Assembly (NCBI GenBank): GCA_951406725.2
Contig: OX597822.1
Span: 118,730,001 to 118,794,000 of the forward strand
Direction of reading: 5' to 3'
DNA from: Octopus vulgaris
Taxonomy: Eukaryota
Length of the DNA stretch: 64,000 bases
The notes beneath the pieces are model-generated. The model worked only from the letters and a program-made list of their open reading frames with translations. It was not told the DNA's origin and ran no database searches. A program made the position numbers and the translations under genes. This document shows positions 38,421 through 51,076 of this stretch, piece by piece. The number at the start of each line of letters is the position of its first letter. Within the stretch, counting starts at the first letter, position 1.

Positions 38421-40757
38421 GTACGTATACAAAATTAATGCTCTCTCTTTTACTCTTTTACTTGTTTCAGTCATTTGACTGCGGCCATGCTGGAGCACCG
38501 CCTTTAGTCGAGCAAATCGACCCCGGGGCTTATTCTTTGTATGCCCAGTACTTATTCTATCGGTCTCTTTTGCCGAACCGCTAAGTAATGGGAACATAAG
38601 CACACCAGCATCGGTTGTCAAGCAATGCTAGGGGGACAAACACAGACACACAAACACACACACATACACACACACACACATATATATATACATATATATG
38701 ACAGGCTTCTTTCAGTTTCCGTCTACCAAATCCACTCACAAGGCATTGGTCGGCCCGGGGCTATAGCAGAAGACACTTGCCCAAGATGCCACGCAGTGGG
38801 ACTGAACCCGGAACCATGTGGTTGGTTAGCAAGCTACTTACCACACAGCCACTCCTGCGGTTTACTTTTGTAATATTGTATTCTCAAAATTTCTATTTGC
38901 ATTGATATTATCCTCGTCTGTTGTTTCCTGGTTCTACCTTGTGTTCTGAGAACATTGGATTTATCACTTACTGGTCTCTTTACCTTTTGCCACATGATAA
39001 TGCATTCAAACGAAAATGTGTCGTGGCATTAATTCTGCCTGAACAGCACAAACATAATCATCCCAACTTTTTTACATTTTGCCAGATTACCCATTAGGTT
39101 CATTTTTTGAAACAGCAGACTGTGATTTGAGGAAGATTTGGCTGTTATTACTAGCAAATCAAATGACCGTGTTGACATATTTGGTGTTAGCATGAGATGT
39201 GAATAATTCATAGATTTTAATGGATCGTTGCACACACATCCTTGTCACAGTTACCACTGAAATGGTGTGGATCTGTGATTTCTCCACTGGAAATCTCTAT
39301 CAAAGAATGTCATTGTTTAGAAAATACGCTAAAAACAAATATGTGATGGAGTATCATTTTGGTTGCTACATGCTATGTTTGGTTCGCTTCTTTTGTATTC
39401 TGTTGTTGAACTACTATTAAACATTTGGATACAATTCCGCCTGAGACCAACTTTCATCCTATGAAACAACATTCCTGTCTAAAAGTGATCTGTGTTAAAC
39501 CCTTTAGCTCAAAATTTTAGGTTGATTTGTATTCCAAACATCAGCTTAATTAGGACCAAATTATTTTAATATAGTCTTCGGTGTTTTCAAAATTAATTGA
39601 AACGACGGCAGGGTATTTCAACAGAAATATGGCAACAAAAGGGTTAAAACTGACTGACAGGTCAATGCATCATAAATCCACTCTAAAATTATGGTTTAGA
39701 AAGAAAAAAGAAAACCAGGGGAGGGGGGGGGCAGGTGAGAATGTAATACTGTGGGAGTGGAGTTAAGAAGGAAAGGTAAGGCTGATTTGTTTTAGCCAGT
39801 ATAAAAATGTTTATAGAGAAAAAAATTCTTGTGACATAGTTTACCTTAGACTGTAATACCTAGTGTGTGCTTCTTAAGACATAGTAGGTAATTTGAGGAA
39901 GATTTGGCAGCTATTTCTAGCTGGTCAAGCAACTGCATAGAGGCACTCTCTTTGACTTAAGTGAAAATGGATATTAAATATTTGCTGCAGAACTATTTCG
40001 TCTCATACAATTAGAGCAAATCTAAAAATGAAGAAACGAACAAAGAAACAAAAATATTGACTTCAGGAAACATTTTTTCACTCCAAGAGTTTCTGAAGTA
40101 TGGAATAAACTGCCGGCATCAGTTGTTAGTTGTCGGAGTACTGCATCCTTCAAAGCTTCCATGCTTCCTGAGATTCGCTGACACTACACCTGATTTTCTC
40201 CCCTCCATACACCCAAGCAAGCATGTACCTGACTCATACACTGTTCACTTCCCAGACATTTGTACATTACTGCATATGCTTTATATGCACTTTTGACAAG
40301 TTGTGATGGACCTGAGCCCTGTATACAATAATTTCATTATTATTATATGTTTACAAAGTCAGAAAACAGCACAGCTCCCATAAGTTTCGGAAACATTTTT
40401 TCATGCTAAGAGTTTCTGAAGCATGGAACAAACTGCCGGCATCAGTTGTTAGTTGTCGGAGCACTGCATCCTTCAAAACTTCCATGCTTTCTGAGATTCA
40501 CCAACACTACACCTGATTTTCTCCCCTCCATACACACACAAGCATGTATCTGACTCATACATTGTTCGCTTTCCAAACATTTTTACATTACTGCATGTTC
40601 TTTATATGCACTTTCTGACAAGTTGTGGTGCACCTGAGCACTGTATACAATAATTTCATTATTATATTATTGAAAATTATTTGCGATTTATCATGAACTT
40701 AAATTGAATATTTAGGAAACTTATTTATTGCTTTGATCTACATATTTTTCTTCTTAG

Positions 40758-40886
40758 AATTCATGGATGATGTTATGATTGATGCCTGCAACAAATTCAG
40801 TAATCTCTCACTAAATGTGGCGCCAACACTTTTCCTGGAGTTCCATGGTGCTGCAGAATCACTGGACAGTCAAGTGGAAACAGTCT
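40758..40886 (+). CDS. LDHD: LDHD exon 8
   Basis: TTCTTAG| EFMDDVMIDACNKFSNLSLNVAPTLFLEFHGAAESLDSQVETV |GTATGT; 129 nt, phase 1 to 1. Confidence 0.96.
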
Positions 40887-40964
40887 GTATGTATTTAAGA
40901 AATTTATTAAAATACCTCTTTTGTTAGCATATGTACACGTTAACAGATTATTTTAATGTATATA

Positions 40965-41186
40965 TACGAAGAGGTGCTGTAAAGTTCCCGGCTTCAAATA
41001 AGAGAAAATACAGAGGATTAGTTAATTATGATTTTATTCAACATATTCCTCCTCTCAGATTCACACACTTATTGCAGCGGTCCTTCAGTCTTTCTAAGCC
41101 CTGTAAAGGAACTTGGAAGGTTGAGTCTCTAACCAGGCCTTTTGTGATACCCTTAAAACCAGGAACTTTTAACCACCCCCTTGTAT
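40965..41186. mobile_element. mariner-type MITE
   Basis: TA-CGAAGAGGTGCTGTAAAGTTCC ... GGAACTTTTAACCACCCCCTTG-TA. Related fragments at ~33575-33785 and 36810-36900. Confidence 0.55.
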
Positions 41187-42695
41187 ATCCCAGGAGCGTG
41201 CTATATCCTGTAGTCAAGGTAACTTGTGTCTACACAGACTAAAGCTATAAACCTTCTTTCATCATCATTGTTTCATCTTCATCTTCCTTCCTGGCATCGG
41301 TTGGACAGATTGACAGAGGACTGTGCTGAGTTCCAATATATGCTTCAGTACAGTTTCTATGGCAGAATGTCCTTCCTAATTCCAACCACTTTGCAGAATA
41401 TATTTGGTACTTTTTACATGGTACCAGCACTAGTGTGGTTGCTAACGAACTCACAAAACAAGACCTTCCACACACACACGCACACACACACACGCACACA
41501 CACACACACACACACATACTCAGACACTCATTTGAGTGGAAGTGCAGTATTTATTATTGTCCACACTCGTGAACAAGAATTTTATATATCAACACCTGGC
41601 ATAAAATCCACTTCCCTCAATACTGCTGCCTGACCAGCAAGGGGAAGCAGCTGACCTCCCCTGTTCAAAGGTTATAATGGACATAGGCTCATGTGTCACA
41701 TAGGTAGCTAGAGGTGATGGCCTCTGGAGCTAATCAACGGCAGCTTTAGTCTTATATTTATAGACTGCCATATTAGCTTGGCGATAATTATTAATTTCCA
41801 GTACCGCTGCCATAGTCTCCTTTAGAGAGACTTAAAAATTTTAGTATTTCTATTTATTTACACCTTAGCATTTAAACCAGCTATATCCAACCCATATATT
41901 CTACCTATTTTATGTTCAGACTAACTAGATCTGGCCTCTTACACCTGTCCTATAATATCATTCTAAAAAGAAGCAATCACATCAACAAAATCTCAACGCT
42001 ACAAGATAATGCCTGATTAATTGAAAACAATGTGAATAAATAAGGATTACATTTGACAGAGAAGTAATCTGAATGCTAAAGGGTTAAAGTTGATTAAATT
42101 TAGGGTTACACATTCGTTAGCTTCATTTCTTGAAACTTCAGACTGTAATGAGAAGCTTGAGAAACCTTTGAAAATATTGCATGTGTAAGACAATTCTTTC
42201 CTTCCTTGCCCTGCCCCTCAATTCCTGCTAAAGTTATAGGGACACCTTCATGGCATATAGCATCCCTTAGGAATTTTGAATCTGGCAGAAACCATCTTCC
42301 CCTTTGTCTGCCCAGGATCTGCTTCTTACAGAGAGAAAGGAGAAAAAAAAGATTGGTCATAGTACAGAACTGGTACTTTATTTTATTGACCATGAAAGGT
42401 AAAGTTGACCTCACTGAGATTTGAACTCAATCCCAGAAAACCAGAAAGAATACTGTATAGCATTCTCTCCAACACTCTAATGACTTTGGCATTTCACGAT
42501 CTTATAAACTAAATCTGGAGTTAGAGAAGAAGGAAGAACAGATGAATAGAAGTCTGCTAAGGAATGTGACCAAGGCATTATTGTCTGCAATGATTTGTGT
42601 TGAATGAACCACATTCCTAATAGTCAAAAAGGCCAAAAGTGTCTTAGCAATTCTCAGTAACACCTTTGTCAGTTACTCACCTGTTAGCTATTTAA

Positions 42696-42917
42696 CCCTT
42701 TTGTTACCGTATTTATTTTGAGATGCTCTTTGTTTCTTTCCATTAATTTTAAATATAACAAAGAATTTAGTAAAATAACTTAATTACCATTAAGCTAGTG
42801 TTGGGAACATAAATTGCGACTAAGGTTTAGTGGAAGATTTTAATTCAAACCTTAAGAAAACAAGGCATTTGTACTACAGAACCAGAGCCAGTTTTGGCCA
42901 GGTTGGTAATGAAAGGG
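42696..42917. mobile_element. piggyBac-type MITE inserted in a CR1 fragment (42600-43260)
   Basis: TTAA-CCCTTTTGTTACC ... GGTAATGAAAGGG-TTAA. Confidence 0.75.
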
Positions 42918-43447
42918 TTAAAACTATATATGGCTATGGTACATCCACACTTACAGTTTGTTTTTCTCATCTGGAACCCTCATCTTGTCCAGAATATCAA
43001 TCTGCTGAAAGCTGTCGAGGAATGTGCAACCAAACAAATACCCTTCTGTCACTCACCATATCTTGAACATTTTGCTTCTCTGGACATCAACGGGTTTAAA
43101 GTTTCAATGCCTCGCAGCTAACTTGGTTGAAGCCCACAGGATTATCCACAATCTTTCCAACAACTTTGATTATCTTTTTCAATTCAAAACCCCTACAACT
43201 CATGAACATTTTTATAAAATCAAAAATCAGCACAACACCCATGACTTTTGAAAATATCTTTTTGCTTAAATTTTTGGTGGAGTTTAATTATCTTTATTAT
43301 AATTTAATTTTCTGTCTGATAAATCCGAATTAACTTTCACTAGTTTATTGCAATGTCCAAACAATATATCTGTTGTTTAGCTTATTTTTGCTTATCATGT
43401 CTTTGCTTTTGTTATTAATTTTTTTTTTCTCTATAAACTTTCAAAAG

Positions 43448-43575
43448 GTGAAATCGCTAAATCTAACGAAGGTTCTGACTTTACGTGGGCTACAGATGCT
43501 GATGAAAGAAACAAGTTATGGAGGGCTCGGCACGACATGTTGTATGCATGCCTAGCTCTCCGGCCTGGCTCAAAG
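43448..43575 (+). CDS. LDHD: LDHD exon 9
   Basis: AAG| (C)[42 protein letters not shown] |GTACGT; 128 nt, phase 1 to 0. Confidence 0.94.
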
Positions 43576-43856
43576 GTACGTTATCAACACAGTTTGTGTT
43601 TAGCACACTGAGCAAAATGCGCAGTGGCTTTTTGTCTGTCTTCACGTTCTGAGTTCAAATTCTGCCCAGGGCCTTTCATCCTTTTGGGGTTAATGAAATA
43701 AGTACCTAGTTAAAAACTGAAGTTGATATAATTGACTCCAAATTTCAGGCCTTGTGCCTATAGTAAAGAAAAGGATTATTATTATCATTATTATCATTAT
43801 TATCATTATTATCATTATTATTATTATTATTATCATTATTATTATTATCATTATTA

Positions 43857-43899
<43 letters not shown>

Positions 43900-45343
43900 G
43901 AAGGCAGCAAGCTGGCAGAATTGTTGTTAGCACATCAGGTAAAATGTTTAACATTTTGTTCATTTTTATGTTTTGTGTTCAAATGCCACCACAGTTGGTT
44001 TTGCCTGTCACGCTTTCAGGGTCAATGCAATAAGTACCATTCCTTTCTCCCAAACTTTCAGGCCTTGTACCTACAACAGAAATTATCATTATTATTATTA
44101 TTATTAGGCAGTGATCTGGCAAAATCGTTAGCACACCGGACAAAATACTTGGCATTTCATCTGTCTTCGTGTTCTGAGTTCAAATCCCACCAAAGTTGAC
44201 TTTGCCCTTCATCCTTTCAGCATGGATAAAATAAGTACCAGTCAAGCACCAGAGTCAATATAATCAACTAGCCCCCTCCTCCAAAATCTCAGGCCATGTG
44301 CCTATAGTAGAAAGGATTATTATTATTATTATTACTTCCAGAAATCCCTTTGCCTGACAATGCTACCAAGGGGCGCTGCCTGTTTGCGATAAACTTTACA
44401 GGCACGGAAGTGCCGTCAGCTGGGCCTGCCCGAGGTGCACCCAGAATGATGAAACCATTCTGCACACCCTAGTCTATTGCCCAAGTATTGCTGACCAGTA
44501 GGTTTATGTTGAATACCTGCTGTCACGTGTAGGATGGATCCAGCTATCAGCTGAATCCATTGTGAAGATTGCCCCGCTGCCCTCTTTTGGCTGGGAGGGG
44601 CAGGCAATTTTTATTTGTCCAGTGGCTGTACCAAAATAGGTAGTACGGTGGACCCATTTGAAAGGGCTAAAGACAGACACTTTCCTCTTTGGTCAAGCCC
44701 ACATCAACTTTTTCAAGTTTCACTTGAAAAGGAAGTTGAGGGTGGAGAGGAAAGTGTTGCCTTGTAGCAAGTTTGTTGAAAGGTGGGTGAATGTTGGAAG
44801 AATGGCCAGTGTGAAAGGACCAATTCTGAGCGTGCACTGTTGATCAGGCACCTGTGGCTGTTGTGAGTTTTTCCACAAGGACCTTAAAGTGCCACCCCTA
44901 TTGGGAGTTTTAATTTGTTCAATTTTAATTATTTATATTGTTTACACACTGTAAAACCTTTTGTATCATCCCGTTTTTGTCTTTTATGTTATTGCATGTC
45001 ATTTAACGATGTTTTATGTGAGCCCTTGTGGCTAATAAAAGAATGAATTATTATTATTATTATTATTATCATTGAGTGAGAGAGCAGTGCATGCGATCAA
45101 AGTGACACGCCATGAACGTAAGCGGGCAGGACAAATGAAAAATAGTCCTGCCCGCTTACGTCCATTCTGTGCTAAATTTTTTCTTGAGAATAACTTTTAG
45201 TGGCTAGCATAAGGGAGTTCACTTTTAGTGGATTCCCTCTCATATATGTGTTAATAATATTTACTGAATCTCAGTTTTTTATGCGCTAAACCATTGGTGT
45301 TAAACTGATATTATTAAATTAATATACACTTTTTCACCCTCAT

Positions 45344-45395
<52 letters not shown>

Positions 45396-46275
45396 CAGGG
45401 TGTGATGGGTAAATTGTAACCATTTTATATTTTTAATTTTGCACATGTGCATTGTTTTTGATAGTATAGTAGGGTTGGTTGGGCACTGTCTGTGACTAAA
45501 ACAGCACCATGATGCAATTCAATCTGCCAGAAAATTTGGAAACGACATGCTGTACTGCTTGGTATTTGCACGGAAGTTCCAGTATGAACATTTCAGAGTG
45601 TCTGGATATGTCAATCTGAGGACAGTGCAGATTTGGAAAGAGTTGGATGAGTCTAATGGTGATTATGAATGTACGGCAGCTTGGTAAACTCACTCTGATC
45701 ATTCTAAGAAAAGAATTCCTGAATTTGTTGGTGAGATCCAGGCCATGATTGACAATGATCCCTCCAAGTCAATGAGGTCCATAGCCAGGGACATGGGGGT
45801 GACTGAGTTTCTTATCAGGCAGGTAATGCATGAAAGCATTCGGTATTTCTCATACAGGATGAGAAAGGGTCAATTTTAATCCCATGCCATCAAAAACGAG
45901 GAAAGACCACACTGCAAAAGGTTTTGAACAAACTGAAGCATCCCCTGCAACCAAATATGCTTTGGTTTTTCTCAGACAAGAAAAATTTCTGCCAGGATCA
46001 GATGGGGAACACACAGAACAACTGTTGGCTTGCCGTGTCCCCAAAACATGTCCTGAGAGTGATAAAAATTAAACCCAGTCAACATCATAGTGTTTGGAGT
46101 GATCACTAGCAATGAGGGCATTATGCCTCCATTCGTCTTCCCACACAGACTCAGGCTCAACATAGGGGCCTACATCAAGTGCCTGGAGGAGGTAGTGCTG
46201 CCCTGGGGGAAGAGGGTGGCTGCTGGAAGACCCTATGTCTGGCAACAGGACTCTACACCGTGCCACGCAAACAAG
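45396..46275 (+). mobile_element. Second maT/Tc1-mariner copy (5' part, frameshifted transposase)
   Basis: TA-CAGGGTGTGATGGGTAAATT terminus. Fragments WFFSDKKNF and VFGVITSNEGIMPPFVFP...WQQDSTPCH. A further terminal fragment lies at ~51555-51690. Confidence 0.75.
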
Positions 46276-46489
46276 TAAAAGAATAAAAATAGCAACTTTA
46301 GTTTTTATAATTCTAGGATACATTGTCGTGTAATATAGTAATATAGGATAATATAGTAATATAGGATAATATAGTAATATTAGCATGTCGGTGCTCCAGC
46401 ATGGCTGCAATCAAATGACTGAAACAAGTAAAAGAATAATGTAGCGCTGTTGTAATTTGCCATTCTACATTGTTTTCTCTTTCTTTCAG

Positions 46490-46580
46490 GCCTATAGTAC
46501 AGATGTGTGTGTACCGATTTCACACCTGCCAGAAATAATAGTTGAAACTAAAAAAGACATAAAAGAATCAGGAATGACAG
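46490..46580 (+). CDS. LDHD: LDHD exon 10
   Basis: TTCTTTCAG| [30 protein letters not shown](G) |GTAAAC; 91 nt, phase 0 to 1. Confidence 0.97.
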
Positions 46581-46877
46581 GTAAACAGGTTCTCTAAAGC
46601 AGGGGTTTTCAACCGGGGTCCATGTGGCCGTTGGGGGTCCATATGAGATTTTCTTATTAAAAATTAAATAAATTGTTTATACTTTTACAATACATGCGTA
46701 TTGTACAATACAGGCGTAGGAGTGGCTGTGTGGTAAGTAGCTTGCTAACCAACCACATGGTTCCGGGTTCAGTCCCACTGCGTGGCACCTTGGGCAAGTG
46801 TCTTCTGCTATAGCCTTGGGCCCACCAATGCCTTGTGAGTGGATTTGGTAGACGGAAACTGAAAGAAGCCTGTCGTA

Positions 46878-46921
<44 letters not shown>

Positions 46922-48822
46922 CGTGTGTGTGTTTGTGTGTCTGTGTTTGTCCCCCTAGCATTGCTTGACAACCGATGCTGCTGTGTTTACGTCCCTGTCA
47001 CTTAGTGGTTCGGCAAAAAGAGACTGATAGAATAAGTACTGGGCTTAGAAAGAATAAGTCCCGGGGTCGATTTGCTCGACTAAAAGGCGGTGCTCCATCA
47101 TGGCCGCAGTCAAATGACTGAAACAAGTAAAAGAGTAAAGTATAAAGAGTATGAAATATTTAAGTTTTTAATTCAAATTATAATAGGCACTTGCATGGCT
47201 GTGTGGTAAGAAGCTTGCTTCCCAACCACGTGGTTCCATGTTCAGTCCCAGTGTGTGGCACCTTGGGCAAGTGTCTCAGCCTTGAACTGGCCAAAGCCTT
47301 GTGAATAGATTTAGTAGATGGAAACAGAAAGGCATGTAAGGGTTTTTAACCTTCTCCATTATAATTGTGATTTATTTACAATTATTGCTCTCTTCTCATA
47401 TAATAATTTTTTGATTGCATGTTCTTGCCACTGATATATTCGTGGGTAATTTTGAATTGTCTACAATATATCCTGCATAATGTATTTTTACATTCATTCC
47501 TCTTGATGTGGTGAAGCACAACCTTCGGACATTGCGCCTCACCGAGGCAATGACAAGTGACCGAGACCTTTGGAGATATGCTGTGCTTATGAAGACCCGG
47601 CAAACCAAATGAGACCATAACCATGGCCTATACCAGTGCTGTATAACCAGCCCATTTAAGAGTACCCTTCAATCATTGGACAATAAACTACACTTGTGAA
47701 GGCCTGTTGAGGCAAGTGAAATCGTTGTTGTGGTCGATAACAGTACCGTCTGATTGGCATCCGTGCCAGTGGAACGTTAAAAGCACCATATGAGTGTGAT
47801 CGTTGCCAGGACTGCTGACTGGCTTCTGTGCCAGTGGCACATAAAAAGCACCATTCAAGCGTGATCAGTGCCAATACTGCCTGACTGGCTCCTGTGCCAG
47901 TGGCACGTAAAAAGCACCATTCGAGCATGGTCATTGCCAGTGCCGCTGGACTGGCCCCTGTGCAGGTGGCATGTAAGAAGCATCATTTGAGTGTGGCCAA
48001 TGCCCTCGTGCTGGTGGCATGTAAAAGCACCCACTACACTCTTGGAGTGGTTGGTGTTAGGGTTGCTGGTTTATATTCTATCACCAGCACTGCATACGTC
48101 CATGAAAAAACAACAACTGTCCACTGGCTTGGTTCTCCCAAATATAAACTGGTTCCTATACATTGGCTCATGTCATTCCTGTTAGCAGTAAAAACACTAT
48201 TAATGACTCCATCATTAGTTTACAGTTCTTAGTTCTGATCTGATAGGTTTGCAGTAGAGGAAGCACTCCATTGGTTACGACAACGAGGGTTCCGGTTGAT
48301 CCGATCAATGGAACAGCCTGCTCGTGAAATTAACGTGTAAGTGGCTGAGCACTCCACAGACACGTGTACCCTTACCGTAGTTCTCGGGGATATTCAGCAT
48401 GACACAGAGAGTGACAAGGCCGGTCCTTTGAAATACAGGTACAACAGAAACAGGAAGTAAGAGTGAGAGAAAGTTGTGGTGAAAGAGTACAGCAGGGATC
48501 ACCACCATCCCTGCCGGAGCCTCGTGGATCTTTAGGTGTTTTCGCTCAATAAACACTCATAACGCCCGGTCTGGGAATCGAAACCGCGCTCCTACAACCG
48601 CGAGTCCGCTGTCCTAACCACTGGGCCATTGCGCCTCCACTTATTTGCATTAACCATTCCATTGTGTCATATTTTTTTCTATTTTTTATCCCAGTCATAT
48701 CTTCCATGGTGTCCTGGATGAGTTATTGGATGACTATACTCTCATTACTAGAATTATTTCATATCTTATTTTGTACATTATTTACATTCGACGGATATTT
48801 GTCCTCATCTTGTTTGTTGTTA

Positions 48823-48866
48823 ACACAACGTTTCGGCTGATATATCCTCCAGCCTTCTTCAGGTGT
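48823..48866 (-). ncRNA. Type I hammerhead ribozyme motif (minimal, Penelope-like)
   Basis: Minus strand: ACAC-CUGAAGA-A-GGCUG(loop)CAGCC-GAAA-CGUU-GUGU. Confidence 0.65.
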
Positions 48867-48946
48867 CTTGGGGAAATTTCAAACCTGGGTTCTCGTTCCT
48901 AAGGTATTTTTCGATGTTATTATTATTATTATTTCGATTATTATCA

Positions 48947-49002
<56 letters not shown>

Positions 49003-49274
49003 GTTGTTGTTGTTGTCGTTGTTATTTTTCAGGTCACTGCTTGGAATTGAACTCGGAATCTTGGGGTTAGTAGCCTGTGCTCTTAACCACTATGCCATAT
49101 GCCCACGGGCTACTAACCCCAAGATTCCGAGTTTGATTCCAAGCAGTGACCTGAACAATAACAACAACAACAATAACAATAATTATGATAATAATAATAA
49201 TAACAACAAGAACATCATCATCATCATCGAAAAATACCTTAGGACTGAGAACCCAGGTTCAAAATTTAGCCAAG

Positions 49275-49318
49275 ACACCTGAAGAAGGCTGGAGAGTATA
49301 TCAGCTGAAACGTTGTGT
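49275..49318 (+). ncRNA. Type I hammerhead ribozyme motif (sense to LDHD pre-mRNA)
   Basis: ACAC-CUGAAGA-A-GGCUG(loop)CAGCU-GAAA-CGUU-GUGU. Confidence 0.6.
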
Positions 49319-50382
49319 TAACAACTAACAAGATGAGGACAAATGTCCGTCAAATGTAAATAATGTACATAATTCCTCATCTCTTAAATATAGAACTGTA
49401 TTTTATTTTGTGATTTTTAAAAAAATCCTTTTCTGACACTAACTCACCTGAGACTACTCCTGGTTCTATGATACAAACTACCTGGTCATTGTTGGTGGCT
49501 CACTTGGCTGCGGTGTCAGGTAATGCCTATGAGAGTGCTTGGCCATACCAATGCCTTAGCTTCACCATCGCACCTGGTAATGCTATGAGTGTGTTGGTTT
49601 GCTTAAGTAGGTTCTATCGAACCTTGTGCTGTGCAACCAGTCGAGGCACTTGGTGTTGAATTAAGGTTTTTTCTCTTTTTCTTTCTTTCTTCACTCATAT
49701 TTGTGTTTTCTTCAGTTTTGTATTTGTAGTTTAATGTGGTTTTGTGTTATATATATGTATCATAGACAAACGTGTTATATATGTAATTATCTGTTAGTAA
49801 AAAAAAAGTTTTATTAATGTTAAAAAAAGATTTTAAAAAAACTACCTGTTTTTAATTAATTCAAATCAAAATCTACCATCAAGATTTCAGGTTAATTTAT
49901 GTTCCAAACACCAGCTTAAAATAATTATTTTCAAAATTAATTGAAACAAATTTCAACCGATATCTAATAACAAAAGTTCTGTTGTGTCTGGGGAGAGTCA
50001 TTTTCTTTTTGTGCCTTATAATTTAACAAACTCACCGGTAAAATTTCCACTTTTTTCTTATTTTTATTGTCCTAAAATTTTCGTTGTGTCTTTGCAACCT
50101 TTTCAATAGTTTTGACTCTGTCCATTATTCCTATAAAGAATCTTGCAAACCAAATCCCAAAACGAAATATAATAACAAAAGGTTTTTAAAATGATCTCAA
50201 TTAAAACTCTTCGTCAAACATTTTTTTAATTAGTTTCTGTTCTAAGCCCCAACTTTATAATGACAGTTATTTTTACTAAATTCTTTTCATGAATCTATTT
50301 CTGTGTGTGTGTGTATGCATGTATTCCATCAGTTAATCAATCAATTTGATCTGTCACTTATTCTTAAATTTCTTTTTCCAAG

Positions 50383-50494
50383 GCCCAATTGTCGGTCACG
50401 TTGGAGATGGTAATTTCCACGTATTTTTCCCAGTCATGCCAGACGATGCCGAGGAGAAGAAATTGGTTAATAATTTAGCTGAGCGAATTGGCAA
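50383..50494 (+). CDS. LDHD: LDHD exon 11a (mutually exclusive alternative A)
   Basis: TTTTTCCAAG| [37 protein letters not shown](K) |GTGAGT; 112 nt, phase 1 to 2. Confidence 0.95.
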
Positions 50495-50533
50495 GTGAGT
50501 GCAACTTGTACATTAATTTTTTTCACTTTCTAG

Positions 50534-50645
50534 GTTTTATTCTTGGTCATGTTGGTGATGGAAATTTCCATATTGCGCTTACTTTTGACCCCAATGATCA
50601 AAACGAATTCAGAATGGTAAACGAACTTGCCAATAAAGTAAATAA
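50534..50645 (+). CDS. LDHD: LDHD exon 11b (mutually exclusive alternative B)
   Basis: TTTCACTTTCTAG| [37 protein letters not shown](K) |GTGAGT; 112 nt, phase 1 to 2, open frame. Confidence 0.92.
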
Positions 50646-51076
50646 GTGAGTATTCAATACATTGAGTGATATTCACTAAGAACTACCGTATAGTCATTTT
50701 TTTTATAGCCAATGTAATATGTTGGCTGGTTTATTCTTCCAGTCACACTTTACATCACATAGAGAGAGGGGTAGAGAGAGAGGTGCAGGATGAGGGTACA
50801 CACTCAGTTTGGTAGAAGGCAATGCGTAAAGAAATGCTAGACATACTTACAAATATACAGTGTGTGTGTGTCTCTCTCTCTCTCACTCTCTCTATGTATA
50901 TATATATATATATAAAAATTAGAAAAAAAACACCTTTAATCAATTCAAAATGAACAATTAAATTACACCATCTAGAAAATTACATATAATAGAAATATTA
51001 AAAATAAAATAACAATAATATACCGATGATTAAGTAAATTGCAAAATAATAATAAAAACATATATAATTGGTAGAA

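Larger units (their letters stand above)
48772..49369. mobile_element. Head-to-head inverted pair of a tRNA-headed, hammerhead-containing SINE (~600-bp fold-back)
   Basis: The left arm (48772-~49075) is the reverse complement of the right arm (~49105-49369). The tRNA-like head TGGCATAGTGGTTAAGAGC...GAGTTCAATTCC lies on the minus strand at the centre. Confidence 0.8.

Noticed and set aside
49030-49110. tRNA gene
   Set aside because: No intact acceptor stem. It is the head of a SINE, and the same applies to the other A/B-box hits in the window.
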